A DNA stretch of 64,000 nucleotides. It comes from Candidatus Multivoradales bacterium. GTDB lineage: Bacteria > Acidobacteriota > Thermoanaerobaculia > Multivoradales > JAHEKO01. How positions within the stretch are numbered: position 1 is the stretch's first letter; each line of letters starts with the position of its first letter. The notes beneath the pieces are model-generated. The model had not been told where the DNA came from. It worked only from the letters and a program-made list of their open reading frames with translations, and did not search any database. This document shows positions 18,303 through 28,136 of the stretch, one piece after another. The DNA lies in NCBI GenBank assembly GCA_965248055.1, contig CBDFIJ010000004.1, positions 320,001 to 384,000 of the forward strand, read 5' to 3'. A program made the translations under genes and the position numbers.

Positions 18303-18387
18303 GGATTCAAACCCCGTTTCGCAGCCTAAGAGTCTCGGCGGCGAGACTCTGCAGCGCTGGCCCTAGCGATCAAGGACAGCGCCGGCG

Positions 18388-18939
18388 CTAGCCTTCGAGG
18401 ATGTCCTTTTCTTTGGTCTCCGTCGCCTGTTGAATCAGGCCGATGTAGTGATCGTGCAATTTCTGGATCTCGTCAAAGCCACGACGCTCTTCGTCTTCAC
18501 CAATTTCTTTGTCGTGTTCCATCTTCTTGAGGTCATCGTTGCCTTCACGACGAGCATGACGCACCCCGTTGCGGGAGTGTTCAGCCATCTCGTGCAGTAA
18601 CTTAACCAGCTCCTGACGTCGCTCACCGGTCAAGGTTGGCACTGGAATGCGCACCAGTTTTCCATCGTTAGACGGATTGAGACCCAGGTCAGAGCCTTGG
18701 ATCGCTCGCTCGATAGCGGGGATCGAAGCCGGGTCGTAGGGTTGAGCAACGATCAAGGTCGCTTCTGGAACCGACAGTCCAGCCAACTGATTCAACGGCG
18801 TCTGGGTACCGTAGTAATCCACCACCACACCATCGAGCAGTGCCAAAGACGCTCGTCCGGTACGCAGGGTTTTCATTTCTTGGTGAAGGTGGTCCACCGC
18901 CGCCTTCATACCTATCTCAATTTCTCTAAATAGCTCCAT
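18388..18939 (-). CDS. frr: ribosome recycling factor
   Basis: LRTGRAS...DYYG...LGLNPSNDG. Confidence 0.97.
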   Translation of the reverse strand: MELFREIEIGMKAAVDHLHQEMKTLRTGRASLALLDGVVVDYYGTQTPLNQLAGLSVPEATLIVAQPYDPASIPAIERAIQGSDLGLNPSNDGKLVRIPVPTLTGERRQELVKLLHEMAEHSRNGVRHARREGNDDLKKMEHDKEIGEDEERRGFDEIQKLHDHYIGLIQQATETKEKDILEG

Positions 18940-19006
18940 AACACTCTTATTCCTTCCGCGCCGGGATCAGCCCGACACTTCAAAGCTCTATTGTATCGCG
19001 AGGGGA

Positions 19007-19738
19007 CTATTCGGAAGTAGGACCAGAAACCACGGAACCAACCTCTTCACCCGCCACCACACGCCGAATATTGCCCGGCGTCATGAGATGAAAGACGACA
19101 ATCTTCATGTCGTTTTCGCGACACAGAGCGATCGCTGCCGCGTCCATAACCCCGAGCTCTTCGTTCAGAGCCTGGCGATAGGTGACCCGGTCGAAGCGAA
19201 TGGCATCTGGGTTGGTTTTGGGATCGGCAGAATAGATTCCGTCCACCGCCGTGCCCTTGAGCAGGACATCGGCGCGAATCTCGTTGGCGCGCAATGCGGC
19301 AGCACTATCGGTAGTGAAAAACGGATTCCCAGTGCCAGCCGCAAAGATGACGATACGACCCTTTTCCAGATGTCGCGTCGCTCGCCGGCGAATGAACGGT
19401 TCGGCGACGTCGTGGATCGCCAGAGCGGTTTGCACCCGGGTATCGATACCGCGCTTCTCCAAGGCATCTTGCAAAGCCAAGGCGTTGATCACCGTGCCCA
19501 GCATGCCCATGTAGTCCCCAGTAACCCGATCGATACCCCGGTGACTGGCAGCCAAACCACGAATGATGTTGCCACCGCCGACCACAATCGCCAGTTCAGC
19601 GCCCTGGGCATGCACTTCGGCGATCTCGTCGGCGATCGTCGCCACCACGGATGCTTCGATACCAAAGTTCTGCGAACCCATCAGGGCCTCGCCGGACAGC
19701 TTTAGCAGAACTCTGCGATAACGAAGATCTTGCGACAT
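19007..19738 (-). CDS. pyrH: UMP kinase
   Basis: [23 protein letters not shown]. Confidence 0.97.
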   Translation of the reverse strand: MSQDLRYRRVLLKLSGEALMGSQNFGIEASVVATIADEIAEVHAQGAELAIVVGGGNIIRGLAASHRGIDRVTGDYMGMLGTVINALALQDALEKRGIDTRVQTALAIHDVAEPFIRRRATRHLEKGRIVIFAAGTGNPFFTTDSAAALRANEIRADVLLKGTAVDGIYSADPKTNPDAIRFDRVTYRQALNEELGVMDAAAIALCRENDMKIVVFHLMTPGNIRRVVAGEEVGSVVSGPTSE

Positions 19739-19752
19739 TTCAGGGATTGATT

Positions 19753-20352
19753 CTATGCCCCTTCGCCAAGAACAAACCGGGCAAATCGACTGACCTGGAT
19801 ATTCTCGCCCAATTTGCCGACCATGGTGCCGATCATTTCCTGCACGGTGTGGTCAGGATCTTTGACGAAGGACTGTTCCAGAAGCACCGCTTCAGAGTAG
19901 AACTTCTCCATCTTGCCATCAACGATTCGCTCAACAATGTTCTCGGGCTTGCCACTTTCCACAGCCTGTTGGATATGAATCTCACGTTCCCGAGCCAGGA
20001 TCTCTTCGGTCACCTGTTCACGGCGCACGAAGCGCGGATCGGCGGCGGCAATGTGCATCGCGATGTCTTTGACCAAAGCCTGGAAGTCGTCGGTGCGGGC
20101 AACGAAATCAGTCTCACAGTTGACCTCGACCATGACGCCCATCTTGCCGCCAGCATGGATGTAGGTTCCGACAACACCTTCGGCGGTTGCTCGACCGGCC
20201 TTCTTCTCGGCCGCGGCCATCCCCTTGGTGCGCAGGTAGTCGACCGCCTTGTCGAGATCACCTCCGGTCTCGGCAAGAGCTTCCTTGCAGTTCATCATTG
20301 GCGCACCAGTGCGGTCACGCAGTTCTTTTACCATCTGAGCTGTAATTGCCAT
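19753..20352 (-). CDS. tsf: elongation factor Ts (short form)
   Basis: [20 protein letters not shown]. Confidence 0.97.
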   Translation of the reverse strand: MAITAQMVKELRDRTGAPMMNCKEALAETGGDLDKAVDYLRTKGMAAAEKKAGRATAEGVVGTYIHAGGKMGVMVEVNCETDFVARTDDFQALVKDIAMHIAAADPRFVRREQVTEEILAREREIHIQQAVESGKPENIVERIVDGKMEKFYSEAVLLEQSFVKDPDHTVQEMIGTMVGKLGENIQVSRFARFVLGEGA

Positions 20353-20523
20353 TAAATCCCCCGTACCGTGGCCGTTCGTCAGGCCTCGCTTTGAGCCGGT
20401 TCCGCGCGGGAACCACTATTGGTTAGAAATCTATCTGGTTCAGAGTCCTACCGCCTGTGGGAAAGCTGCCAGCCTGACCTTTCAGCCTGACTTGTTAGTC
20501 CCGTGCGGCTTTTTTATTTTCGG

Positions 20524-21429
20524 TCAGTTTGCGTCTTCTGCGACGGCCTCGGAAGCAGCGGCTTCGACCACCGGCTCGGCTTCCGCAGCCGCAACCGTTG
20601 CTTCGCCAGCCACTGCCTCGGGAGTCACTGCCTCGGGAGCCACTGCCTCAGGGGCCACTGCCTCAGGGGTTTCAGGAGCCGCCGCGACCTCTTCAGCCTG
20701 CGCCGCCTGAACCTGAGCCTCCTCAGCATCAACACCATTGAGTCGACCTGCCTCAGTAGCGCCAGCCTGATAAGCCTCGCGCAACCTGCGGGTGATCAAA
20801 CGAATCGAACGAATCGCGTCGTCGTTGGCCGGAATCGGATAGTCGATCTCGTCCGGGTTGCAGTTGGTGTCGACGATACCGAGCACCGTAACGCCCAGCT
20901 TGTGGGCTTCCGCAACCGCGATATGTTCCTTGCGCGGATCGACAACGAAGATCGCGTCTGGAATCGAGTCCATTTTGCGAATCCCGTCGAGCGACCGTGA
21001 CATCGACATCTGTTGACGCCCTTCGCGAACGCGCTCCTTCTTGGTCAACTGGGCTTCGGGATCTTCCAGTCGAGCCTCGATCTCATGCAGTTTGTCCACC
21101 GACTTGCGAATGGTCACAAAGTTAGTGAGCATGCCGCCGAGCCAGCGATGGGAAACAAAGTATTGGCCACACGCCTGGGCCTCTTCGATCACCACACTCT
21201 GCGCCTGGCGCTTGGTGCCGACGAACAACAGATTGCCGCCCTGACGACCCAATTCGTAGACATAGTCTGCGGCGTCGTTGAATGCTTCCTGCGTCTTCTG
21301 CAGATCCAGGATATGAATACCGTTGCTTTTGCCAAAGATGAAACGACCCATCTTCGGGTTCCAACGGCGGGTCTGGTGGCCAAAGTGTGCTCCGGCCTCC
21401 AGGAGTTCTCGCATGCTGACTTCTGGCAC
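20524..21429 (-). CDS. rpsB: 30S ribosomal protein S2
   Basis: GAHFGHQTRRWNPKM, RWLGGMLTN, PANDDAIRSI. Confidence 0.97.
   Translation of the reverse strand: MPEVSMRELLEAGAHFGHQTRRWNPKMGRFIFGKSNGIHILDLQKTQEAFNDAADYVYELGRQGGNLLFVGTKRQAQSVVIEEAQACGQYFVSHRWLGGMLTNFVTIRKSVDKLHEIEARLEDPEAQLTKKERVREGRQQMSMSRSLDGIRKMDSIPDAIFVVDPRKEHIAVAEAHKLGVTVLGIVDTNCNPDEIDYPIPANDDAIRSIRLITRRLREAYQAGATEAGRLNGVDAEEAQVQAAQAEEVAAAPETPEAVAPEAVAPEAVTPEAVAGEATVAAAEAEPVVEAAASEAVAEDAN
20611..20670 (-). repeat. 15-bp coding tandem repeat x4 (PEAVA/PEAVT) in the S2 tail
   Basis: CACTGCCTC(G/A)GG(A/G)G(T/C) x4. Confidence 0.9.
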
Positions 21430-21447
21430 GTTCTTCCTCTTCGCTTC

Positions 21448-21840
21448 CTAGCGCTTGCTGAACTGGTAACGAGCGCGGGCACCCTTTTGGCCGTACTTCT
21501 TGCGCTCTTTCATTCTTGAGTCACGGGTCACAAATCCGGCAGCCTTCAGCCGCTCTCTGAGCTCCACATCGTGCTCCAAAAGGGCACGGGTGATTCCGTG
21601 TCGAAGTGCTCCCGCCTGGCCGGCCGAACCGCCGCCCTTGACGGTCGCGTGAATATCAAACTTGTCGAGGGTCTCGGTCATTTCCAGTGGTTGGCGGACC
21701 ACCATCTTAAGAACTTCGTTGGGGAAGTAAGTTTCAAAGGTGCGACCGTTGACCTCAAAATTGCCGCTCCCCGGCCTCAAGAAGACCCGGGCGACTGCGG
21801 TCTTACGTCGACCGGTTCCGTACTGCTGCGTTTCACTCAC
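21448..21840 (-). CDS. rpsI: 30S ribosomal protein S9
   Basis: [12 protein letters not shown]; ERKKYG...QFSKR. Confidence 0.98.
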   Translation of the reverse strand: MSETQQYGTGRRKTAVARVFLRPGSGNFEVNGRTFETYFPNEVLKMVVRQPLEMTETLDKFDIHATVKGGGSAGQAGALRHGITRALLEHDVELRERLKAAGFVTRDSRMKERKKYGQKGARARYQFSKR

Positions 21841-21843
21841 TAA

Positions 21844-22341
21844 TTATTCCTCTTCCGAACTGGGAGTCGAATTCGTGGCCGCGTCGAACACTGACACCGG
21901 AGCCAGACCAGCAACCACCAATGGCTCTGGGTGCTGCGCCGTGTGCGGATGCTCGGTCCCTGCGTATACCTTGAGTTTCTTGAACTGCTGCCGCCCGAGT
22001 CTATTCTTGGGCAACATCCGTTGTACGGCGCGCTCGACCAGCAACGCTGGACGCCGTGCCCGCAGTTCACCGGCGGTCTCGCTCTTCAAGTTTCCCGGCC
22101 TACCACTATGCCGATAGTAGATCTTGTTCTCTTCTTTGCGCCCGGTGAGAACAGTCTTCTCCGCGTTTAACACAACAACGAAATCGCCGGTGTCGACATG
22201 CGGTGCGTATTGCGGCTTGTGCTTACCGGTGAGAACCCTCGCCAACACAGTACTAAGTCGACCCAAGGTTTGACCCTCAGCGTCCACTACATACCACTTG
22301 CGCTCAATCTCGCCGACTTTTGGACTATAGGTACGGTACAT
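21844..22341 (-). CDS. rplM: 50S ribosomal protein L13
   Basis: WYVVDA...LGRL...[11 protein letters not shown]; start taken at ATG 22341. Confidence 0.96.
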   Translation of the reverse strand: MYRTYSPKVGEIERKWYVVDAEGQTLGRLSTVLARVLTGKHKPQYAPHVDTGDFVVVLNAEKTVLTGRKEENKIYYRHSGRPGNLKSETAGELRARRPALLVERAVQRMLPKNRLGRQQFKKLKVYAGTEHPHTAQHPEPLVVAGLAPVSVFDAATNSTPSSEEE

Positions 22342-22411
22342 TTTCTTTTTCCACGCAACAGCGTCATCAGAGCGGGGAACCCCCTGCCCTTCGCGACGCA
22401 AAGAGCCTTGA

Positions 22412-22441
22412 ATCTTAGATTTGATCGCGGGTGGGTGTCAA
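22412..22441 (-). promoter_or_regulatory. sigma70 promoter of the rplM operon
   Basis: TTGACA-18 bp-TAAGAT, followed by a hairpin-forming leader. Confidence 0.7.
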
Positions 22442-22533
22442 CACCCAACACAAACCGAATCCCGCCGACCGTCCCGCGGATGTTACACCAAATCGGCTAA
22501 AGAAAGGATCCGCTGACACAGTAAACTCACCCG

Positions 22534-23274
22534 GTGATCGAAACGTTGCCAAACGACCAATCTGGCGCTGACAAACGTCCGGAGCGGATCCGTGGAATGT
22601 TCGACCGCGTGGCACCGCGCTACGACCTGATGAATCACTTGCTGTCGGGCGGGCTCGACAACCGCTGGCGTCGGATCGCAGCCGAGGCACTGGGCACCGC
22701 GCCGCGACGAGTGCTGGATCTGTGCGCCGGCACCGGCGACCAATCGGCGGCCATAGCCGCGCGTGGTCACCAGGTCGAAGCGCTCGACTTCTCCCCGGCG
22801 ATGGTACGACGAGCGGCCGATAAACACCGCAAACATAGATGGTCAATCGCTCCGATTGTCGGGGATGCTCTACGACTGCCTTACGCCGATGAGTCCTTTG
22901 ACGCTGCGACGGTATCGTTCGGACTGCGCAACGTCGCCGACCTGGACCGTGCTTTGAGAGAGATTAGCCGGATTTTGCGCCCTGGCGGACGCCTGGTTGC
23001 TCTGGAATTTGCCTTGCCACGACGGCAGCCGATCCGCGGCCTGTACTTGACCTACTTTCGCCACCTGCTGCCACGGCTGGGGAGATTTTCTTCTTCACGT
23101 CGCGCCTACAGCTACCTGAGGGACTCGGTCCTGCTGTTCCCTGAGCGCGGCGACCTGATCCAGCGTCTACAGCAAGCCGGTTTCAGCGAGTCGACCTGGT
23201 CCGATCTGACCGCTGGGACGGTCTGTCTCTATCGCGCTGAACGCGACGGTATCCAACCAACCCCAAATAACTGA
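22534..23274 (+). CDS. menG: UbiE/MenG C-methyltransferase
   Basis: MFDRVAPRYDLMN, LDLCAGTGD, FGLRNV. Confidence 0.9.
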   Translation: MIETLPNDQSGADKRPERIRGMFDRVAPRYDLMNHLLSGGLDNRWRRIAAEALGTAPRRVLDLCAGTGDQSAAIAARGHQVEALDFSPAMVRRAADKHRKHRWSIAPIVGDALRLPYADESFDAATVSFGLRNVADLDRALREISRILRPGGRLVALEFALPRRQPIRGLYLTYFRHLLPRLGRFSSSRRAYSYLRDSVLLFPERGDLIQRLQQAGFSESTWSDLTAGTVCLYRAERDGIQPTPNN

Positions 23275-23296
23275 CCACCCAAAGGGCGACCCTACG

Positions 23297-24208
23297 ATGA
23301 GCGCACGTATTCTGAATGGTAAGAAAATCGCCGCAGAAATCCGCGAGGAAGTTGCGGCGGAGGTGGCTACGATATCCGGACGCCCGCCGTGCCTGGTGGC
23401 GATCCTGGTGGGCGACGACCCCGCCTCCCAGGTCTACGTGCGCAACAAAGAGCGGGCAGCCCAAGCCGCTGGACTCACCAGCCGCGTGCTGCGCATGCCG
23501 TCTAGTTCAAGCCAGATCGAAGTCGCCCAGGCCATTCAAGACGCCAACGACGACCCGCAAGTCGACGGCATCTTGGTGCAGCTTCCACTACCCAAGCACC
23601 TCGACTCTCGCGCTCTCCTCGACCTAATCCAGACCAACAAGGATGTCGACGGCTTCACCACCGCCAACGTCGGTCGTCTATGGCTGGGGCAGCCAGGCCA
23701 CGTCCCGGCAACTCCGTCGGGGATCATGGAACTACTGCGGCGCAGCAAGATTGCACTCACCGGAGCCAACGCGGTGGTGGTCGGTCGGTCGGCGATCGTC
23801 GGCAAGCCGATGGCCGCTCTGCTGCTGGCAGCCAACGCCACCGCCACCGTGGTTCACTCGCGCACCCGTGACCTCGCCGCTCATTGCCGCAACGCTGACA
23901 TCTTGGTTGCCGCGGTAGGAGTCCCGGCGCTGATTGGTGCCGAACATATTGCTCCCGGAGCTGTGGTCATCGACGTCGGCATCAACCGCGTCACCGATCG
24001 CTCAGAAGTGGAACGGCTGTACCCAGGCAACGCCAAGCGACTGGCCTCCTTTGACAGGCGTGGCTCGACCTTGGTTGGCGACGTCGACTATGAGGCTGCC
24101 CGTTCCATCGCCTCCGCGGTGACCCCGGTCCCAGGCGGAGTTGGCCCCCTGACCATCGCCATGCTTTTACGCAACACCTTGACAGCCCATCAGTTCCGGC
24201 AACAATAG
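23297..24208 (+). CDS. folD: methylene-THF dehydrogenase/cyclohydrolase
   Basis: KDVDG, GRSAIVGKP, TPVPGGVGPLT. Confidence 0.97.
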   Translation: MSARILNGKKIAAEIREEVAAEVATISGRPPCLVAILVGDDPASQVYVRNKERAAQAAGLTSRVLRMPSSSSQIEVAQAIQDANDDPQVDGILVQLPLPKHLDSRALLDLIQTNKDVDGFTTANVGRLWLGQPGHVPATPSGIMELLRRSKIALTGANAVVVGRSAIVGKPMAALLLAANATATVVHSRTRDLAAHCRNADILVAAVGVPALIGAEHIAPGAVVIDVGINRVTDRSEVERLYPGNAKRLASFDRRGSTLVGDVDYEAARSIASAVTPVPGGVGPLTIAMLLRNTLTAHQFRQQ

Positions 24209-24213
24209 ACCCC

Positions 24214-25380
24214 ATGAAGCGCCTGCGCGTGGGGCTCACAGGGGGGCTAGCCAGCGGTAAATCAACGCTGGCCGGATGGCTCGATGAGGCCGGATTTCAC
24301 GTCATCGATGCCGACAAGACGGTTGCCGACCTCTACCGTTCAGGCCAACCCGGCGCTGACCGAGTGGAGAATTTATTCGGCCCTGGATTCTTAAGACCCG
24401 ACGGCTCGGTTGACCGAGAAAAACTCGCCGAAAGGGTCTTTAGCGATGCCAACGCACTGGTCAAGCTGGAGACCGCAATCCACCCCTTGGTTCGTGAGCA
24501 AGTCATTCGCTGGCTGCACGACAGAGAAGGAGTCACGGTGGTGGAGGCCACCCTGCTGGTTGAGTCGGGGATCGCATCTGATCTCGACATCGTAGTTACG
24601 GTTTCAGCGGAAGAGACTCTGAGAGCACAACGGGCTCTCAACCGAGGCATGTCCCCGCGCCAAGTCGAATCACGGCTTGCCGTGCAGGGAGATGATCTAT
24701 TTCGCGAAGCCGCCGCCGACATCGTCATCACCAATAATGGGTCTCTCGATGAGTTTCGCCAGCAGGCCGACGGCCTGATTAGCGACTTCAAACAACGCTT
24801 CGATCAATGCCGCGGACAACAAGCTGACGAACCACCGTTATTGGTGACCTCGAATCGAGGAAAGCTCCGCGAAGTGCGCAAGCTGTTTGGTGGTCCGCTG
24901 ATGTCTGCCGACCTCGACTTGCCGGAAATTCAATCCCTCGATATTGAAAAGGTCTTGCTGGCCAAAGCGAGTACTGCGTGGGCGCGGTTGGAAAGACCCC
25001 TGATTGTTGAGGAGACCAGCCTCGAACTGGCGGGTATGAATCGCTTCCCGGGACCACTGGTTAAGTGGATGTTGAAAGCGGTCGGCGGGCCTGGAATCGC
25101 CCGACTAGCCATCTCCACCGGCAACCCCAAAGCCACCGCTCGGTGCCGCCTTCTCTACCGTGACGCCACGCGCCGGATCTACGCCGAGGGAACCTGCAAC
25201 GGGACCTTGGTGTTGCCCGCCCGAGGCAGCGAAGGTTTTGGCTGGGATCCGGTCTTTCAAATGGACGGCGAAGACCGTACCTTTGGTGAAATGCCTACCG
25301 AAGAGAAAGGCCGCATTAGCCATCGAGGTAACGCCTGGCGCGAGCTGGAAAGAATTCTTCGCAGTGAGGGGATTTTCTAG
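24214..25380 (+). CDS. coaE: fusion: dephospho-CoA kinase + Ham1/ITPase (non-canonical purine NTP pyrophosphatase)
   Basis: N-half GLTGGLASGKS, VDREKLA, AIHPLVR; C-half VTSNRGKLRE, PGPLVKW, GFGWDPVF, SHRG. Confidence 0.88.
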   Translation: MKRLRVGLTGGLASGKSTLAGWLDEAGFHVIDADKTVADLYRSGQPGADRVENLFGPGFLRPDGSVDREKLAERVFSDANALVKLETAIHPLVREQVIRWLHDREGVTVVEATLLVESGIASDLDIVVTVSAEETLRAQRALNRGMSPRQVESRLAVQGDDLFREAAADIVITNNGSLDEFRQQADGLISDFKQRFDQCRGQQADEPPLLVTSNRGKLREVRKLFGGPLMSADLDLPEIQSLDIEKVLLAKASTAWARLERPLIVEETSLELAGMNRFPGPLVKWMLKAVGGPGIARLAISTGNPKATARCRLLYRDATRRIYAEGTCNGTLVLPARGSEGFGWDPVFQMDGEDRTFGEMPTEEKGRISHRGNAWRELERILRSEGIF

Positions 25381-25388
25381 CAGCCTAA

Positions 25389-26351
25389 CTACGATCCAGG
25401 AATCTGAAATAGCAGAGGAATGAACTCCCTGAATTCATCCGCCTTCTCATCAAAATCCCCATCGGTCTTGACCATACGCACTGCCACGATGTTCTTACCC
25501 GGAACCACACAGAGATACTGCCCACCCCAGCCGGATCCGTAGTAGCCCACGACCTCACCTTCACGATTTCTCACAAGTTCCCACAACAGCCCAAAGTCAG
25601 GTCGATATTCTTGGCTCTGCTTCGTAATCTCGTCGATCCAAGACTCCGGAACCAACTGCTGTCCCTCCCAACTACCGCGATCAAGGACCAACTGACCCAT
25701 TTTCGCTAGTTCCCGAGCTTCAACTTCCAATCCAGACATCCCATGCGGATTGCCAGCACGATCTTTATGCCAATTGAAGTCGTCAATCCCCATCTTCTCG
25801 AATAACCGCTGATTGACATATTCATCAAGAGGCTGACCGGTCGCACGCTCTATCACTCCCGCAATAAGATTGGTCGCTTTGTTGTTGTAACTAAACGCTG
25901 TTCCCGGTTCGTCGACAAGCTCAGCGGTCAGAGCGAGCTGGACAAAGTCCTGGGCCGGGTAGATTTCAACCGAGGCATCAGGGATGTTCTGCAGCCCCGA
26001 AGTGTGGTTGAGCAAGTGACGAACGGTGATATCCCTCTTTCGTCCTTGACCCCACTCCGGAAAGTACTTGTGGATGGGATCGTCCAGATCAGAAATTGCT
26101 CCCTCCGCAAGTGCGACGCCAACAGCCAACGCGATAACCGACTTAGTCACAGACATAGCGTGCAGCTTCTGGGCCGTGCCGCCGAAATAAGATTCGGCCA
26201 GCAGCTGCTTATCCTGATAGATCACGACAACATCCGAGTTCGCTTGTGCGGCGGCAGACATTAGTGCATCGACTGACTCCTTCCACGGTGCCGGTCGGCC
26301 TTGTGCCAACAGCACTACGCCTAACGCCAACGTAAGCACTTGATTTTGCAT
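25389..26351 (-). CDS. serine hydrolase, beta-lactamase (class C/NylB-like) family
   Basis: SVTK (SxxK), LLNHTSGL, YNN; signal peptide. Confidence 0.85.
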   Translation of the reverse strand: MQNQVLTLALGVVLLAQGRPAPWKESVDALMSAAAQANSDVVVIYQDKQLLAESYFGGTAQKLHAMSVTKSVIALAVGVALAEGAISDLDDPIHKYFPEWGQGRKRDITVRHLLNHTSGLQNIPDASVEIYPAQDFVQLALTAELVDEPGTAFSYNNKATNLIAGVIERATGQPLDEYVNQRLFEKMGIDDFNWHKDRAGNPHGMSGLEVEARELAKMGQLVLDRGSWEGQQLVPESWIDEITKQSQEYRPDFGLLWELVRNREGEVVGYYGSGWGGQYLCVVPGKNIVAVRMVKTDGDFDEKADEFREFIPLLFQIPGS

Positions 26352-26368
26352 GTTCCTGTTACGAATGT

Positions 26369-26431
26369 GTCCAACGCTTGGATCCGCGCGTTCCGCGGGA
26401 TAACCGGCAGCTCCAACTGCCTTCGTTAGAC
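26369..26431 (-). other. degenerate attC-like site
   Basis: GTCTAAC (contains the SDR stop TAA)...GTTGGAGCTG...CCAAGC-GTTGGAC; L' box not recognisable. Confidence 0.45.
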
Positions 26432-27025
26432 AACACGAAAAACCTGCCCGGTCCGCGCTCCCTCAACGCTCTTGGCATAGGCGAGCGCCGCCCGTGCAGC
26501 AGACACCGGTTCAAAGCCACGGAAGAACGGCGCATAGTCCGCCATCGCTTCTTCGATCACACCAGGGCTGACAGCATTGATCCGCAGTCCTCGCGGCATT
26601 TCGATCGCCGCCGCCATGACGAAGGCATTGATCGCCCCGTTGACCATCGACGCCGAACTTCCAGCGACAATCGGATCGGAATCCAAGATGCCTGTGGTCA
26701 AGGTAAACGAACCGCCATCCGCCACCACCTCGCGACCGAACAACACCAAATTCACCTGGCCCATCAACTTGTCGAGCAAGCCGATCTCATAATCAGCGCT
26801 GTGCATCTCGGCGAACGGTGCAAATTTGACGCTCCCAGTGGTCGAGACCACCGCGTCTAGCGAACCCACGTCTTGATAGGCGTTCCGAATCGTCTCCGCG
26901 TCGGTGATATCAATCTGCACGTCGCCGCTAGTGCGGCCCGCCGAGATTACTTCGTGCCGTTGACTCAGTTCTGCGGTTACTGCGGCCCCTATGGTCCCCG
27001 ACGCTCCAACAAGCAATATCTTCAT
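26426..27025 (-). CDS. short-chain dehydrogenase
   Basis: GASGTIG, KLMGQVNLV, RINAVSPG. Confidence 0.9.
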   Translation of the reverse strand: MKILLVGASGTIGAAVTAELSQRHEVISAGRTSGDVQIDITDAETIRNAYQDVGSLDAVVSTTGSVKFAPFAEMHSADYEIGLLDKLMGQVNLVLFGREVVADGGSFTLTTGILDSDPIVAGSSASMVNGAINAFVMAAAIEMPRGLRINAVSPGVIEEAMADYAPFFRGFEPVSAARAALAYAKSVEGARTGQVFRVV

Positions 27026-27096
27026 TAGTGCCCCTATTTTAACTCGACGCTTGGCAGTTAGTGCTAGTCATCCACGTATTGCCTTAACGAGACAGG

Positions 27097-27969
27097 TCAA
27101 TACGGGAAGGGTGCCTCGTCCTGAGGTGAAACACGCAGAGTAATCGTCTTCCACTCGTTGTTGTTGGTGAACTGCGTAATGATCAACAGGCCTTCCCAGA
27201 CAGTCCCATCTTCATCTTCAAACAACAACGTTTGGACACCCACTCCGGTTTGCTGGCAGGAGTTAAGTCTGCCCCATCCTTGTTCTTCAATCTGGTGCAT
27301 ATAGTGTGAGTACAGATCAGATATTGAAAGTTCGGTGTTGATACGGGCGGACTCTTCTCTCGCCATGCCTCCGCCGGCCGAAGTCCCGACAATCTTTGCA
27401 CCTTCAGGTGCCACGAGAGTCGGGAATGGGACTTCATGGCGAGGGTCACGGTACCTGACCTCTTGCATCCTCTGACACCACATTCCACTCGGATCAACTC
27501 GGAGCCTGACCGAGAGTATGGTGGGTTCCTTGTCGACAGCGCGCGCTTCAAAGTTGATCAATTCATCCGCCTGGCCACAATACATCTTGGGTATCTCTCT
27601 CGCTTCCGCAACAAACCCCCTCTGCTCTCTCTCCGAATGTGCAGTCCAGCCCTTTGCTTCCAGCAAAGACGAGTACGCACTCTCCACTTTCTCAGGTGCC
27701 CCCGCTACGCGTGCAATAACGTTCAACCTCGAGCTCTCGATGGTGCCCAAGACAATTGCTTCCGGCAGCATAGGGATTCGCTCTTGAGCACGTTCTGATA
27801 AACCTCCTACCACTATGTCGTCAGCGTCAAGGCCAAGTACGGCCAAAACAAATTCAGCTGGATATGAACCGGAAGACTCGATCTCTTGAGGAGCAAGCGT
27901 GACCGGAAACGCCACGCCGAGAAGCACTACCCACAACTTGAATCCGAGCAAAACTCCTCTGTCACGCAT
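27097..27969 (-). CDS. exported hypothetical protein
   Basis: AAGGAG RBS before ATG 27969; N-terminal hydrophobic segment. Confidence 0.65.
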   Translation of the reverse strand: MRDRGVLLGFKLWVVLLGVAFPVTLAPQEIESSGSYPAEFVLAVLGLDADDIVVGGLSERAQERIPMLPEAIVLGTIESSRLNVIARVAGAPEKVESAYSSLLEAKGWTAHSEREQRGFVAEAREIPKMYCGQADELINFEARAVDKEPTILSVRLRVDPSGMWCQRMQEVRYRDPRHEVPFPTLVAPEGAKIVGTSAGGGMAREESARINTELSISDLYSHYMHQIEEQGWGRLNSCQQTGVGVQTLLFEDEDGTVWEGLLIITQFTNNNEWKTITLRVSPQDEAPFPY

Positions 27970-28136
27970 CTGTTTCTCCTTCCAATTCTCTGGCTGGCGA
28001 CTCGCAAACCAACAGCCATCATGCGGCCAATTGCCTTCGATACTGCCACGCTGGAACCAAGCACAACCTCGCAGAGTCGGCGTTGTCACTGACACAGCCA
28101 TCTTATGACTCGATGGGTTGGTGGTCAATCGATAAA

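Noticed and set aside
19753-20352. Truncated tsf
   Set aside because: A ~200-aa EF-Ts is a known natural short form
19651-20355. Long antisense ORFs (also 44445-45383, 59756-60700, 13273-14082, 54237-54971)
   Set aside because: Shadows of well-supported genes on the opposite strand in GC-rich DNA
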